A program made the position numbers and the translations under genes. Under the pieces are notes generated by a model. That model searched no databases. It was not told the DNA's origin and saw only the letters and a program-made list of their open reading frames with translations. 64,000 nucleotides of DNA, from positions 18,061 to 82,060 of the IMG/VR virus record IMGVR_UViG_3300028048_000115. One strand, written 5' to 3'. This DNA is from a virus. Taxonomy: Duplodnaviria > Heunggongvirae > Uroviricota > Caudoviricetes. This document shows positions 37,486-48,328 of this stretch, one piece after another (positions within the stretch are counted from its first letter, which is position 1; every line of letters starts with the position of its first letter).

Positions 37486-37728
37486 CAATGGATAAAAATA
37501 TGAGCCTAAAGAGTCAATATATAGATATTGAATTTCTATTAAATATATTATATAATATTTATATAAAAACAAATTTTAAAATTCGGTGAGACTGTTGTTT
37601 ACAACAAATCTCACCAAACTCTTGGGAAGGACCTCTCGGAGTATAAAGCCTTCAAACATTTGTGTTACACACAGTTTGAACTACTTTCTAAATGGAAGTA
37701 TCTACCCTTTAGGTTGATGTAGGTCATA
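37486..37728 (+). mobile_element. miniature IS200/IS605-type element (left end plus right end, no tnpB), copy 2
   Basis: near-identical to 14390-14630. Confidence 0.7.
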
Positions 37729-37798
37729 TATAATAAAAAGTTTTAAATATTTATTATTTGTTTAAAATGTTTTATAATAAAAATGAAATTTTTGAGAA

Positions 37799-37996
37799 TT
37801 GGAGAGAAATGTGTTAAAGTTCCTTGGTATTTTAGTAATAGGTTTAATGTGCTACAAAATCTGTACATTTGGAGTTAAACCCTATTTTGAGTGTTCATTA
37901 AATACATACACTTTGGAAGAGTGCAAAACTATGACCAATGGAAATTTGATTGGATTTGTAAAATCAGCAAACATTGCTGTGTTTAAGGAAGATTAA
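37799..37996 (+). CDS. small membrane protein
   Basis: ORF track. Confidence 0.3.
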   Translation: MERNVLKFLGILVIGLMCYKICTFGVKPYFECSLNTYTLEECKTMTNGNLIGFVKSANIAVFKED

Positions 37997-38010
37997 AGAG
38001 GAATATCAAA

Positions 38011-38274
38011 ATGACAGAAGAGCAATTTGATACTTTAATGGCTTGCAAGCCGTTAGTTTCTAAGATATTTAAAGATATATCAAAAATTGAGCTTGATTTA
38101 TATTTTCAATATGTATATTTTCAATTAAGCCAAACACCAGAAGAAGAAAGGATAAATGGTAAGGTAAAACAACTAAATACATTTATTTCACATTTAAGTA
38201 ATATTGTATTGTCTCTTGACTATATAATAAGCGAAATAAACATTATAGAGGAATTTCAAAATGACAGAACATAA
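38011..38274 (+). CDS. hypothetical protein
   Basis: ORF track. Confidence 0.3.
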   Translation: MTEEQFDTLMACKPLVSKIFKDISKIELDLYFQYVYFQLSQTPEEERINGKVKQLNTFISHLSNIVLSLDYIISEINIIEEFQNDRT

Positions 38275-38521
38275 AAAAGTAATGAAGTTTTTAAAAAGAT
38301 TTAAAAAGAATTGGACAAATCAGGAAATTCCTGATTTTATGATCAATAATAATACTTTACTTGCAGAGCATAAAAGGTTTCTTTATGAAATTAGAATCTT
38401 AAATGAATATGTAGCAGTTTATCAATGTTTTGAAGACGAGACACAAGAAAAAATTTGCTCATCAAAGGTTTCAAGAAAATATCTTGATGATCTTATTTTC
38501 TGGTTAAATAAAAACGCTTAA
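38261..38521 (+). CDS. hypothetical protein
   Basis: ORF track. Confidence 0.3.
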   Translation: MTEHKKVMKFLKRFKKNWTNQEIPDFMINNNTLLAEHKRFLYEIRILNEYVAVYQCFEDETQEKICSSKVSRKYLDDLIFWLNKNA

Positions 38522-38851
38522 TTTTGAAATTTGAGCACTCATTTTTGGGTGCTTTTATGTGAATTTTTTAAAAGTCTTTATAAATCAATAACTTAGTTTT
38601 TAGTTAAGTCTTTGATTTGTAAAGACTTTTTTATTTAAGTACCAAAAATAGTTGTTTTTTTTTAATATAAAGATTTATAATTAATATGTGAGGAGAAAGA
38701 AAATGAAAGTTTTACGTTTTAACATACTTGGTACTCAACTGTGAAGGTCGCCCAAATGGTACAAATTGCCAACAAAGAATTAAATAGAATAAAATGGTTT
38801 TTAAGAAACTTGAAAATCCAAATAATGCTAATTTAAGCGAGGTTCGATAAA

Positions 38852-39289
38852 ATGTCAATGTGGACAAACGTATATGGTGCAATTAAGGTTTATTGCACGG
38901 AACCAAATTTCGAAGAATTGCAGATAAAAACCGTAATTGAAAGTCTTCCAGAAATTACGGGTTCTGAAGAAAACGCAGAAGTTAAATACATCAGACTTGA
39001 CCAGATTGGTGGTTGTCATTACATTGACGATAATCAAATTAAGGAATATCCTTATTATATGGTAGTCATTTCTGGTGCATTACGAGATAAATATGCCGAG
39101 GAAACAATAACTGAAGTCAAAGATTTTTTAACCATTTTGGGTCAGCGAATTAGTATCATCGGTGGTACGGTTAAGATTTCTGATTACAGCGAAAAAGTCA
39201 TTTTGGATGCCGAAGATTTTTCTGCTAAGAATTTTTGGTGTGGTTCTTGGTTTAGGGATAAGTTAAAAAGTTTAGGAACCAGTTTCTGA
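38852..39289 (+). CDS. hypothetical protein
   Basis: ORF track. Confidence 0.35.
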   Translation: MSMWTNVYGAIKVYCTEPNFEELQIKTVIESLPEITGSEENAEVKYIRLDQIGGCHYIDDNQIKEYPYYMVVISGALRDKYAEETITEVKDFLTILGQRISIIGGTVKISDYSEKVILDAEDFSAKNFWCGSWFRDKLKSLGTSF

Positions 39290-39595
39290 TAATGTTCTAT
39301 GGACACCTTAAAATGTCTGTACAGACAAAATATTTGCGAGGAACTTTATAAGTACAAAAGAAAAGGAGGTTTAAATGAGTGATTTTTACGACCAAAAGCA
39401 ATTAGTGGATTCCGAATTAATCACAATTAAAGATGTTAATTCATTCATTAATAGACGTTTCAAAACTGAAGATGGTGCTCACTATTTTTTTTATGAAAAT
39501 CATTGAAATGCTTGTAAACGACAACGAAAAATTGCATTTGGAAATTGAAAATCTTAAAAAAGCATTGACAAATAATTATAATGTTATATAATATA

Positions 39596-39700
39596 AATGT
39601 AATTTCTGTTATACAGAAAATAATTGATAGAGGTCTTTTGTACAGACCAAACAGAGTTAAACAAAAGTGTTAAAATTTTTTTAATACATTTGAGTACATT
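39596..39700 (+). mobile_element. solo right-end copy of the first TnpB element (matches 3100-3225)
   Basis: ttctgttatacagaaaataattgatagaggtcttttgta(c/t)agacca... is shared with the tnpB 3' end. Confidence 0.65.
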
Positions 39701-39743
39701 GTTATATAATATAAATGATGTTGATTTGATATAGAGGCGAGAA

Positions 39744-40094
39744 ATGAGATACGAACTTAAAAACCCTGAAAAATTTAACTTCGGTGTTTGTGCAAACTCA
39801 AAGTACGAGTTAACAGAAGTGCTTAAAGAAGTTCTTACCGATAATTCTGCTGAGGAACTTTCAGATTTAGTTGAGAATTGCGAGGGTAGGGAATTCGTTG
39901 ATGAAATGAGCTACGCCGATTGCAAAGAATATTTAACCGAAAATTTTGATGAGTCCGAAGACAAAGAAGATATGCTTGACTCTTTAGAGGACTCTATCAA
40001 TGCTCTTGAGGGTTATAAAAACCCAAAGTTATTAAAAATCGCACGAGATTTAAAACGTGTTAAGGAGTTATTAAACCTATCACTTGTTTATTAA
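39744..40094 (+). CDS. hypothetical acidic protein
   Basis: ORF track. Confidence 0.35.
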   Translation: MRYELKNPEKFNFGVCANSKYELTEVLKEVLTDNSAEELSDLVENCEGREFVDEMSYADCKEYLTENFDESEDKEDMLDSLEDSINALEGYKNPKLLKIARDLKRVKELLNLSLVY

Positions 40095-40104
40095 AGGAGA
40101 AATA

Positions 40105-40527
40105 ATGTTATCATACTTATCTTTGATGTACGCATTAATGACCGTACACCCGTCTGAAATATCGTTTATTGAGGACTTTCAAAACTACACTAAATTGAGG
40201 TCCACTTCTTACATTGCTACTGCGTACCACATCAATTCCTGTGGTAAATCTAAATCCCATCCTAGTTATGGAATAACTGCAAACGGCACCAATGTAAGAG
40301 GAATTGAAGATTGGACTAAAAGATACATAGCAGTAGATCCTAACCTTATCAAATTAGGTTCAAAAGTGTTTATTGAATTTCCTGACGATTATGCTTATAT
40401 GTCAGGTGTTTATACTGCTGTTGATACTGGTGGAAAAATTAAGAACAGACACATTGATGTGTTTTTTGGAACCAAACACGAAGACTCTATGAAATTTGGC
40501 GTTCAGAATGTAAAAATTTATATGTGA
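40105..40527 (+). CDS. 3D-domain (MltA-like) peptidoglycan-hydrolase-like protein
   Basis: YTAVDTGGKIKNRHIDVFFG motif. Confidence 0.5.
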   Translation: MLSYLSLMYALMTVHPSEISFIEDFQNYTKLRSTSYIATAYHINSCGKSKSHPSYGITANGTNVRGIEDWTKRYIAVDPNLIKLGSKVFIEFPDDYAYMSGVYTAVDTGGKIKNRHIDVFFGTKHEDSMKFGVQNVKIYM

Positions 40528-40528
40528 A

Positions 40529-40668
40529 ATATGAACCTTTAGGCTCATATACAGAAACTCTTGGGAAGGACCTCTCGGAGTATAAAGCCTTCAAACATTT
40601 GTGTTACACACAGTTTGAACTACTTTCTAAATGGAAGTATCTACCCTTTAGGGTTGATGTAGGTCACT
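40529..40668 (+). mobile_element. truncated miniature element (left-end hairpin fused to the right end), copy 3
   Basis: atatgaacctttaggctcatatac is followed directly by the right-end sequence. Confidence 0.6.
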
Positions 40669-40733
40669 TGTAATTATGATATATTATGATATAATATAAT
40701 TATGAATAACGACTTTTTTGGAGATGAAATAAA

Positions 40734-41135
40734 TTGTATTCAAAGGTAATTGGAATCCCTGATTTTGTTCCTCGTGAGGACAATGTAGAATTAGAAAACT
40801 GTATTAATACTGAAAAATACGTTAAGTTAATTCAGGAAATAAATGCTTCTAAAGTATCAGAAGCAGAAAAGAAATTTTTAAGACTTGCGGCAACCCGTTG
40901 GATCCAGTTCAGATATGACAACGTTGCTCAATATTTTTGTACTAAGTCTAGTCCAGAAATGCAGAAAATGTTACAACGGTTAGCTATGGTATTAATTGAT
41001 TTTGATGACGCCTTGGAAAACGGTTTAACAAATGCCCAGAAGTTTGTTTATGATCTTGCAAAAGAGCAATATGCTAAACTTGATAGATGGGACTTTGAAG
41101 AAGACCAACCAGAACTCTCAAATGGAGATAACTAA
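40734..41135 (+). CDS. hypothetical protein (TTG start)
   Basis: ORF track. Confidence 0.3.
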   Translation: MYSKVIGIPDFVPREDNVELENCINTEKYVKLIQEINASKVSEAEKKFLRLAATRWIQFRYDNVAQYFCTKSSPEMQKMLQRLAMVLIDFDDALENGLTNAQKFVYDLAKEQYAKLDRWDFEEDQPELSNGDN

Positions 41136-42223
41136 TGTATCAGTGGTATAAAAATCTCAAAGAATGTATGACAGGTTATGAAAGACCTGTTGTAAAACCT
41201 AGGGATTTTCTTGTTTTGATTGCTTCGTATGGTAGACCAGAGGGTTTACAAAATATGACAATGAAAACATTTAAACCTTTCTTAGATAAAGTAGATTACC
41301 GAATTATGGTTTCTGATGATGATAAAACATTGCCTAAGTATCTTGAGATGTACGGTGATAAGGTTTATGTTTTCAACAAAGACCAAGTTCTGAAAGAAAG
41401 CAATGCTGATACTGCCGATGTACTCAACATCAAAGGAGTTATTTTCTTTGAGAGAAATGTTGAATTTAAGGTAGCCAAGGAACTCGGTTATCGTTATTTT
41501 ATGCACTTGGAAGATGACTACCTTTCAATGTCATACCGTCTTGTAAGAAATAACGGTGCCGTTCCTAATTGTAAAATGAACCTAGAAAAATTTGACGAAA
41601 TTTGCGAGATGTATTTTAGGGTTTTAGATACTTCTCCATTTTTAAATGCAGTCTGTATGGCACAGGGTGGAGACTATGTAGGTGTTGCAGATAATACATT
41701 TATGAAGCAGGGTTATCTTTTCAAAGGAATGAATATTTATTGCTTTGACACAGAAAAAGAGTTTAAATTAACTGGAAGAATTAATGAGGATGCTAGTGCA
41801 TATTACATTAATGGTAAAATCGGAAAGTTAATGCTAACTCCTTTTATGATACAATTAACGCAGTTGCCAACACAGAATAACAAAGGTGGTGTTTCTGATA
41901 TTTATAAACGTTTTGGTACCTATCTGAAGTCAATCTATACGATTATTCAGAGACCTGATAATATGAAAATTGGTATCTTTACAACAAATAGTGGAACAGG
42001 AAAAGATAAATATGATACCAGAAGATTGCACCATCAATGTGATAAAAAGATGTGCTTTACTAAAATCATTTCATCAAAATATGCAAAGGGAACTATTCCG
42101 TATTCTGATGTTGAACAACCAGATTTGGATCCTGATTTCTATAATCAGAAAAACTTTTTAGAATTACCTGAACCAAATGTTGATGATGTTTACATTGAAG
42201 CACGTTTAACAGATGAATGGTAA
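41135..42223 (+). CDS. hypothetical protein
   Basis: ORF track. Confidence 0.4.
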   Translation: MYQWYKNLKECMTGYERPVVKPRDFLVLIASYGRPEGLQNMTMKTFKPFLDKVDYRIMVSDDDKTLPKYLEMYGDKVYVFNKDQVLKESNADTADVLNIKGVIFFERNVEFKVAKELGYRYFMHLEDDYLSMSYRLVRNNGAVPNCKMNLEKFDEICEMYFRVLDTSPFLNAVCMAQGGDYVGVADNTFMKQGYLFKGMNIYCFDTEKEFKLTGRINEDASAYYINGKIGKLMLTPFMIQLTQLPTQNNKGGVSDIYKRFGTYLKSIYTIIQRPDNMKIGIFTTNSGTGKDKYDTRRLHHQCDKKMCFTKIISSKYAKGTIPYSDVEQPDLDPDFYNQKNFLELPEPNVDDVYIEARLTDEW

Positions 42224-42303
42224 ATTTTAAAAAAATTGTGTTGACATTGTTTTGAATTTTTGATATATTAAACATAATGAATTTTTAGTGAATTGGAGAA
42301 ATT

Positions 42304-43287
42304 ATGAAAATTCTTGGAATTGATATTGGATATGGTGACAACAAAGTCATCTTTTGTACAGAAAACGGTGAACCAATTAAGAAGTTTAAATTTCCTTCTG
42401 TGATTGGTATCACAAAGAAAAATGAATACATCAAGGACCCAAAGGTCTATGATTTCAAAGACAACTCTTATTATGTAGGTGAGGATGCTCTTGCACTTCC
42501 ATCAGAAAACATCATTGATATTACAGAGTACAAGAACCTTGAGTTTTACGCTCCACTATTTCTTGCTCACGCAATCAAGATGATTGGTGATACTCCTGAT
42601 GTTATTGTTTCAGGTCTTTCAAAAGCACAAATTCAGAATAGTGGTTATTTCAAAGACGCTTTATCTGAATTTATTGTTAATAATGTTCGCTACAAGTTTA
42701 GTAACATTTTCATTATTCCACAGGGTGCTGGTTCAAAACTTTGTATTGACAAGTACGGCACAGACTTCCCTAATATTGAAACCCAGTTTAGTGGTAAAAC
42801 TTCATACGTTGGTGTTGATATTGGTTTTTCAACTTTAGATTTGTTTAGAGTCATTGACGGAAAGACAAGTGCTTCTGTTTTTGAGGGTATTGAAAACGAA
42901 GGTATTACTAAGATTGCTTCAAAGATTGCTTCCCTAATTTTTGAGAAGCACCAGAGGAAAATTTCACTTCACGAAGCAAAGGACATTTTAGGTTCCAACT
43001 CTTATAAGTTAAGAGGTCAGATTTTTGATTACTCAAAGGAAATTCTTGAAATTAAGAAAGGTTACATCAAGGGTTTACTTGAATTAGTCGAGGAAAAGTA
43101 CGGCAATATTTTAGATAAGTGTGATTATATTTTCTTATCAGGTGGTGGTTCCGCTTTCTTCGTTTCAGGTAACTATATGAATATGCAGATTTTGGTACCA
43201 AAGAGTAATTACGAATTTTATAATGCTATTGGTCAAGCAATGTTTGGTCAAGAACAGGTTAGAAAAAATAAGTTGACAATTAATTAA
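42304..43287 (+). CDS. actin-like ATPase (ParM/StbA-like)
   Basis: N-terminal ILGIDIGYGDNKV phosphate-1 motif; second motif GVDIGFST. Confidence 0.5.
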   Translation: MKILGIDIGYGDNKVIFCTENGEPIKKFKFPSVIGITKKNEYIKDPKVYDFKDNSYYVGEDALALPSENIIDITEYKNLEFYAPLFLAHAIKMIGDTPDVIVSGLSKAQIQNSGYFKDALSEFIVNNVRYKFSNIFIIPQGAGSKLCIDKYGTDFPNIETQFSGKTSYVGVDIGFSTLDLFRVIDGKTSASVFEGIENEGITKIASKIASLIFEKHQRKISLHEAKDILGSNSYKLRGQIFDYSKEILEIKKGYIKGLLELVEEKYGNILDKCDYIFLSGGGSAFFVSGNYMNMQILVPKSNYEFYNAIGQAMFGQEQVRKNKLTIN

Positions 43288-43330
43288 ATTGTGTTATTAT
43301 ATATAAACAAATTAATGATTTGGAGATAAA

Positions 43331-44032
43331 ATGTTTAATAAAGAAAGTATTGATTTTTTAAAGACAATGAGCCACATTTCAAACTCAATGGTTTTAAACT
43401 ATCCTGTTACTTCAGGTAAGACCGAGAGTGCTGATGTTGCTTATAAGTTTGACTTATCAAAGTTTGACACAGACGGATTTGAGGGACAGATTGGTATTTT
43501 CAATCTATCTGCCTTCTTAAATATCTTTAGTTTATGTTCAGATGACCGAACAGTATCAATCAATGATAACATTATTACTGTTTCTGATGATACTACTTCC
43601 GTGAATTATTTAACCTCTGCTACTTCAATTTTAAGTCAGTATGAGTACGGAAAAGAGCAGTTTGAGAAGTTATTAACATTCCCAAGTGTCCTTGAAATGG
43701 AATTAACTTCTGAAGACCTAAGAAAACTCAAGAGCGCCTCAAGTGCATTAGGTGAGTTAGATACCGCAGTTATTTCCTCAAGTGACGAAGGTGTTGAGTT
43801 ATCTTTAACACAGATTGGTAAGTTTAAACAGTCATCAAATTCCTTTAAGATTAAGAAGAACGCAAGTGCTTCAAAGATGTTCAGTATCGGAATTATGCTT
43901 GAAACTCTATCAAAAATTCCTCAGGCAAATTACAAGATGGTTGTAAAGTATAACGAGTCTAAGGATGCTTATAGAGTGATTTTATCTACTGAAACTCTTT
44001 CAATTATGGTTTCAACAAAAGCAATTGTGTAG
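43331..44032 (+). CDS. sliding clamp (T4 gp45-like)
   Basis: length about 230 aa; FLK...INSxxVL and NLSAFLNIFSL resemble gp45 as recalled; sits in the clamp/SSB/RNase H cluster. Confidence 0.6.
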   Translation: MFNKESIDFLKTMSHISNSMVLNYPVTSGKTESADVAYKFDLSKFDTDGFEGQIGIFNLSAFLNIFSLCSDDRTVSINDNIITVSDDTTSVNYLTSATSILSQYEYGKEQFEKLLTFPSVLEMELTSEDLRKLKSASSALGELDTAVISSSDEGVELSLTQIGKFKQSSNSFKIKKNASASKMFSIGIMLETLSKIPQANYKMVVKYNESKDAYRVILSTETLSIMVSTKAIV

Positions 44033-44132
44033 ATTTTAGGTTTGCAGATTTTCCTTAAAAATCTGTGGTTTGCAGATTTTCCTTAAAATTTGTGTTGAAT
44101 TTATTTTGATTTTTATTGGAGATTTTTTGAAA

Positions 44133-45068
44133 ATGTCAGATTCATTTGATTTTAGTTCAATCGTGGCCAACTTAGGTGCAAATCCTTTTGAGAACAAGGA
44201 AAAGTCATACGTTGATGAGCGCTTCTATACTTTACCTAAAAATTCAGACGGTTCAGGTTCCGCAATTATTGCATTACTTCCTGACTCTAATATGATCCCT
44301 ATTATCAAGATGTTAAAACTTGATACTACTATTGAACGCAACGGACAGCGTAGATGGGTAAATATGTACTCACCTAAGACTATTGGTTTACCTTGCCCAT
44401 TTGCAGAAACTTATTATAATCATTATAATGAGGATCCAGAGAGTGCAAAGAGATTTAAGCCAAAGGAAAAGTACATCTGTAACATTAAGGTAATTAAGGA
44501 TCCTGCAAAGCCAGAGAATGAAGGCAAGATCTTCCTTTATGAGATGTCAAAGACAATTGCAGAGAAGATTTCCTCAATGGTATCTGTTTCAGAAGAGCAG
44601 AAGGCAATGGGTATTTCTCCAAAGGAAGTGTTTAATCCTTTATCAGGTTGGGTATTCAACTTAAAGTGTTATAAGAAGAAGGAAAACGGTATTACCTCTT
44701 ATGACAATTCAGAGTTTATTCAGTTACCTAATGGTAGAAATATCTATTCAGATAAGGGTGACCCTGTTGCTTTAAGAGCTGCCGATGTGCAGAAGACATA
44801 TTCATTAAAGGATATGCAGAAACCAGAGGCATTCAAGTCATACGAGGAACTTACTGAAGAACTGAAAAAGGTTTGTCGAGGACTGTTTGGAATTGGTGGT
44901 AATTCATCAACACCAGTAAACACAGCGCCAACAACAAGTACTCCAACTTCTGATGTTGCAAATGCTCCAAGTGTGAATGTATCAACTCCTGCTCAGGCAG
45001 AACAGGCTCCTCAGCCTGCTCAGACACCTCAGTCAGGAAGTCTTGACGCTTTATTAAACAGTCTCTAA
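44133..45068 (+). CDS. ssDNA-binding protein (T4 gp32-like) with a low-complexity C-terminal tail
   Basis: gp32-like N-terminal pattern plus Pro/Thr/Ala/Gln-rich tail; internal start with RBS ggagat. Confidence 0.55.
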   Translation: MSDSFDFSSIVANLGANPFENKEKSYVDERFYTLPKNSDGSGSAIIALLPDSNMIPIIKMLKLDTTIERNGQRRWVNMYSPKTIGLPCPFAETYYNHYNEDPESAKRFKPKEKYICNIKVIKDPAKPENEGKIFLYEMSKTIAEKISSMVSVSEEQKAMGISPKEVFNPLSGWVFNLKCYKKKENGITSYDNSEFIQLPNGRNIYSDKGDPVALRAADVQKTYSLKDMQKPEAFKSYEELTEELKKVCRGLFGIGGNSSTPVNTAPTTSTPTSDVANAPSVNVSTPAQAEQAPQPAQTPQSGSLDALLNSL

Positions 45069-45158
45069 AATAATATCTTAATTTTTTGAGGACACTTTAA
45101 GTGTCCTCTTTTTTCATAATAAATATGATGTTATATAATAATTAGGATATTATAAAAT

Positions 45159-46235
45159 ATGATTTTAGTTGATTTTTCTGGGTTTTTATTCCAGAATATT
45201 TTTGGTGCTATTAATGCAGTAAACCCTAAGGTAAACGAGGAAACGGGTAAATATAACGCAAAAGACTTTATGCCTGTTGCAAGAGCATTTATTCTTTCTG
45301 CAATTATTAAAGCACAGGAAGAATACTCGGTACTTAAAGGTGATGTGTGTATTTGTCTTGATAATACAAGAAACGGAAATTGGAGAAAAGAGTTTTTAAG
45401 CTCTTACAAAGGTTCACGTAAAGAAGGAAGAGAACAGTCTGAAATTCCATTTGACGAGGTATTTGAGGACATCAATGAATTTGTGGAGCAACTAAGAGAG
45501 AACACTCCTTGGCGAGTTGTTGATGTTCCTAGAGCAGAAGCAGATGACGTTATTCTTTGTATAGCAAAGCATTTTGCTAAGAAGGAACCTGTGATGATTT
45601 TAAGTTCCGATAAAGATATGATTCAAGCACAAAAACACGGCGATGTTGTTCAATTTTCCCCTTTAACAAAAAAGTGGTTAACTCCCGAAAGTAAAGGTGG
45701 TGATATGAACTTTTGGTTAACCGAACACGTAATCTTAGGTGATGACGCTGATGAGGTTCCAAGAATTACATTTCATACAGAGTTTTCGCACAATTTTGCC
45801 AAATATCTTAAAGAAAATAATTTAAATTATACACCTAAAACTTTTAATAATTTAATTCCTGAAGAACAGTTATTGATTATTGATAATTATAATGTTTTAG
45901 ATAAAAGGGGTAATAAAGACGTTTGGAAAAATCCACGATTGGGTCCTACAACAATTCAAAAAATGATTGAAAATGGAACCATTGAAGAGTGGTTGGACAG
46001 CAACGAATTATATCGTGAAAATTACGAAAGAAATAAACGTTTGGTACTTGATGATTATATTCCAGAGGATATTTACAATTCTGCGGTTGCTAATTATTTA
46101 AACTCAAAGAAAAGTATAAACAAAGATAACACCATTCAGTTTAAGGAATATCTTAAAACCCACGGGTTAGAAAGATTTTCATTGAATTTGCCACTCAACT
46201 TTATTGCAAGTGGATTAGATTGGGACGATTTATAA
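45159..46235 (+). CDS. rnh: RNase H / 5'-3' flap endonuclease (T4 rnh-like)
   Basis: ILVDFSGF, CLDNTRNGNWRKEFLSSYKGSR, EADDVI. Confidence 0.8.
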   Translation: MILVDFSGFLFQNIFGAINAVNPKVNEETGKYNAKDFMPVARAFILSAIIKAQEEYSVLKGDVCICLDNTRNGNWRKEFLSSYKGSRKEGREQSEIPFDEVFEDINEFVEQLRENTPWRVVDVPRAEADDVILCIAKHFAKKEPVMILSSDKDMIQAQKHGDVVQFSPLTKKWLTPESKGGDMNFWLTEHVILGDDADEVPRITFHTEFSHNFAKYLKENNLNYTPKTFNNLIPEEQLLIIDNYNVLDKRGNKDVWKNPRLGPTTIQKMIENGTIEEWLDSNELYRENYERNKRLVLDDYIPEDIYNSAVANYLNSKKSINKDNTIQFKEYLKTHGLERFSLNLPLNFIASGLDWDDL

Positions 46236-46303
46236 TTTTTAGAGCACTCTTTTGAGTGCTCTTTTTATAAATATTATAAATTATTTTATACAGGAGTTTT
46301 TAA

Positions 46304-46495
46304 ATGTTAGGTTTAGATATATTAAAAAAGTACGATCAAAAACTTAAATCATTTGTAAATAGCAAAGTTATACCACCAGAAGCAACCGAAACAGAAGTAA
46401 CTAATATTTTTGGTTCATCTGGTTCAAATAATCAAAAACCACAAGATAAGCCATCTTTAATTGATAATACCGAAAGCGGTGTAAGTGAATATTAA
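46304..46495 (+). CDS. small hypothetical protein
   Basis: ORF track; TATAAATA box upstream. Confidence 0.3.
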   Translation: MLGLDILKKYDQKLKSFVNSKVIPPEATETEVTNIFGSSGSNNQKPQDKPSLIDNTESGVSEY

Positions 46496-46507
46496 AGGAG
46501 TTTAATA

Positions 46508-47773
46508 ATGTCTATTTTTTCATCAAAAATTTTTACCTTTGTTAATTCATTTCAGGAAGTTCCAAATGTAAATCTGTATTTTTATAATAATGCAGGTGAA
46601 TTATTAAATGACGTTTCCGTGACTCCAGTTGTTACTGAAGAAGGTTTATCAATTCCTCAGTTTTCATACGATGGCGAAATTAAATCAGTTTCATGGGTTG
46701 CTACAGGAAAGTTTAACAGTTCATTAGAAACAGACGATGTTCAAGACGAATTAAAAGGTCAGATTGACGCTAACGAAAACTTTAATGACATTACAGTCAA
46801 TGGTTTCTGTTATACTACCGGTCTTGCTAATGTGGATGCCTACAAAAAAGACGGAACTTATGCTTGGCAGTTTTCAAGAAATCAAACTGGATCCGTAGAT
46901 TTATTTATTGGTCAGAAAATCGTTGTTCCTAAGTCCACAATTTTCAATAACTCTGGTGTACTTTTAAGAAAAGACAGTACAAAAGGTACAAAGACAACCT
47001 ATATTGTTTCAGCACTTAGTTCACGTTTTAAACTTAGAGCAAACATAGCTGATGGTGCAGAAGACGTAAAGAATGGTGTAATTTCAGCTGGCCTTGATGG
47101 CAACTTTGGTGTTATGAGAAATGACAGTATTGTTGAACAGAAATGGAACAAATCTGATTTGAACATTGGTGTTGCCGTTGGAGATTATATCTTTATTAAG
47201 GAATACTCTGGCAAATTCTGTAAGTTCATTTCTGAAGGAATTACTTTACAAGACGCCAACGGTCAAGTCGTGGATAGTACATACGAATGTTATTGCCAAC
47301 AGGAAAACGGTGGTGTTGAATTTTTAGTAAGTGCTGTTTCTGAAAATTGGACTTTCTCATTTGTTGAGGCTATTGCTCCTAATACAATTACCAAAGATGA
47401 CAACTGCCGTGTAAATCTTTGGAAATTCAACGAAGAGAGTGGAACACAGCAGAATTTCAACGGATTAAATGGTAGTGCTTGCACAACTGTTACAACCGAC
47501 TTTTTGACTGATGAAGTAAGTATTGAAATTTGTCCTAAGAACCCAAATGCTGGTTCAGACGTTGTTTATGGTGATTTATCCTGGGTCAAATTGAACGGTA
47601 CATTCATCAGTTTAGATGGTTCAGAAATGATAGATACTGTTAATCACGCTGAAATCACAGCAACCGATATTACACTCACATATAATCCTGAAACAGGAAG
47701 ATTTAATGTGTCCAATATCTTTACTGGATATAAGATTGTAATTACTGCAAGTTCACCAGTTTATAGTGAATAA
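46508..47773 (+). CDS. hypothetical protein, probably a virion structural protein (late)
   Basis: ORF track; late-promoter-like box upstream. Confidence 0.35.
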   Translation: MSIFSSKIFTFVNSFQEVPNVNLYFYNNAGELLNDVSVTPVVTEEGLSIPQFSYDGEIKSVSWVATGKFNSSLETDDVQDELKGQIDANENFNDITVNGFCYTTGLANVDAYKKDGTYAWQFSRNQTGSVDLFIGQKIVVPKSTIFNNSGVLLRKDSTKGTKTTYIVSALSSRFKLRANIADGAEDVKNGVISAGLDGNFGVMRNDSIVEQKWNKSDLNIGVAVGDYIFIKEYSGKFCKFISEGITLQDANGQVVDSTYECYCQQENGGVEFLVSAVSENWTFSFVEAIAPNTITKDDNCRVNLWKFNEESGTQQNFNGLNGSACTTVTTDFLTDEVSIEICPKNPNAGSDVVYGDLSWVKLNGTFISLDGSEMIDTVNHAEITATDITLTYNPETGRFNVSNIFTGYKIVITASSPVYSE

Positions 47774-47851
47774 TTAGAAAGTGCCTAGAAAATAGGCACT
47801 TTATTCAAAATGTTTTAACCAGAAAAAGGCACTTTATTCAAAATGATTTGA

Positions 47852-48328
47852 CTAAACTTTATTCAAGCGGAATTGCAACAAAAGTCTGGTCATAATTATT
47901 ATTATATTTTCCGTTGCAATTGTAGCCGTATATTTTAAATTTAGTTCCTTTCTTAACCCAAAAATCCAAAACAATAGGAGCAACGGCACCACGGCGTTGT
48001 TGTTCGTTCCAATAGACAGTCTTATCATTTTCATCTAATATATTAACACTAATTGCTGAACCAGGTTCAGTCGCACGAGCAGTAATATGAATTAAACAAT
48101 CAAATTCGGTAGTGTATGTGTAAGTTATATTTCCACTTGTTTCAAAAATAATATTTTTCCGTTATTAACAATAGGTGCTAAATTTTTTGCTTTACTGTAA
48201 TTTGGTAACATATTTCCTATCTCTAAAATTTTAAAAATATCTGTGTTGTCAGCAACGCCTAAAATATTTTCGGTAGTGTGTTGCTGTGTTAACTCTGTAA
48301 ATTTAGATAATGTTTCTAAGCTTATCAT
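47852..48328 (-). pseudogene. frameshifted gene whose N-terminus is homologous to the DGR target protein (divergently oriented)
   Basis: MISLETLSKFTELTQQ... versus MITLENLKDYFDLQEQ...; two ORF fragments 48125-48328 and 47852-48034 in different frames. Confidence 0.45.
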
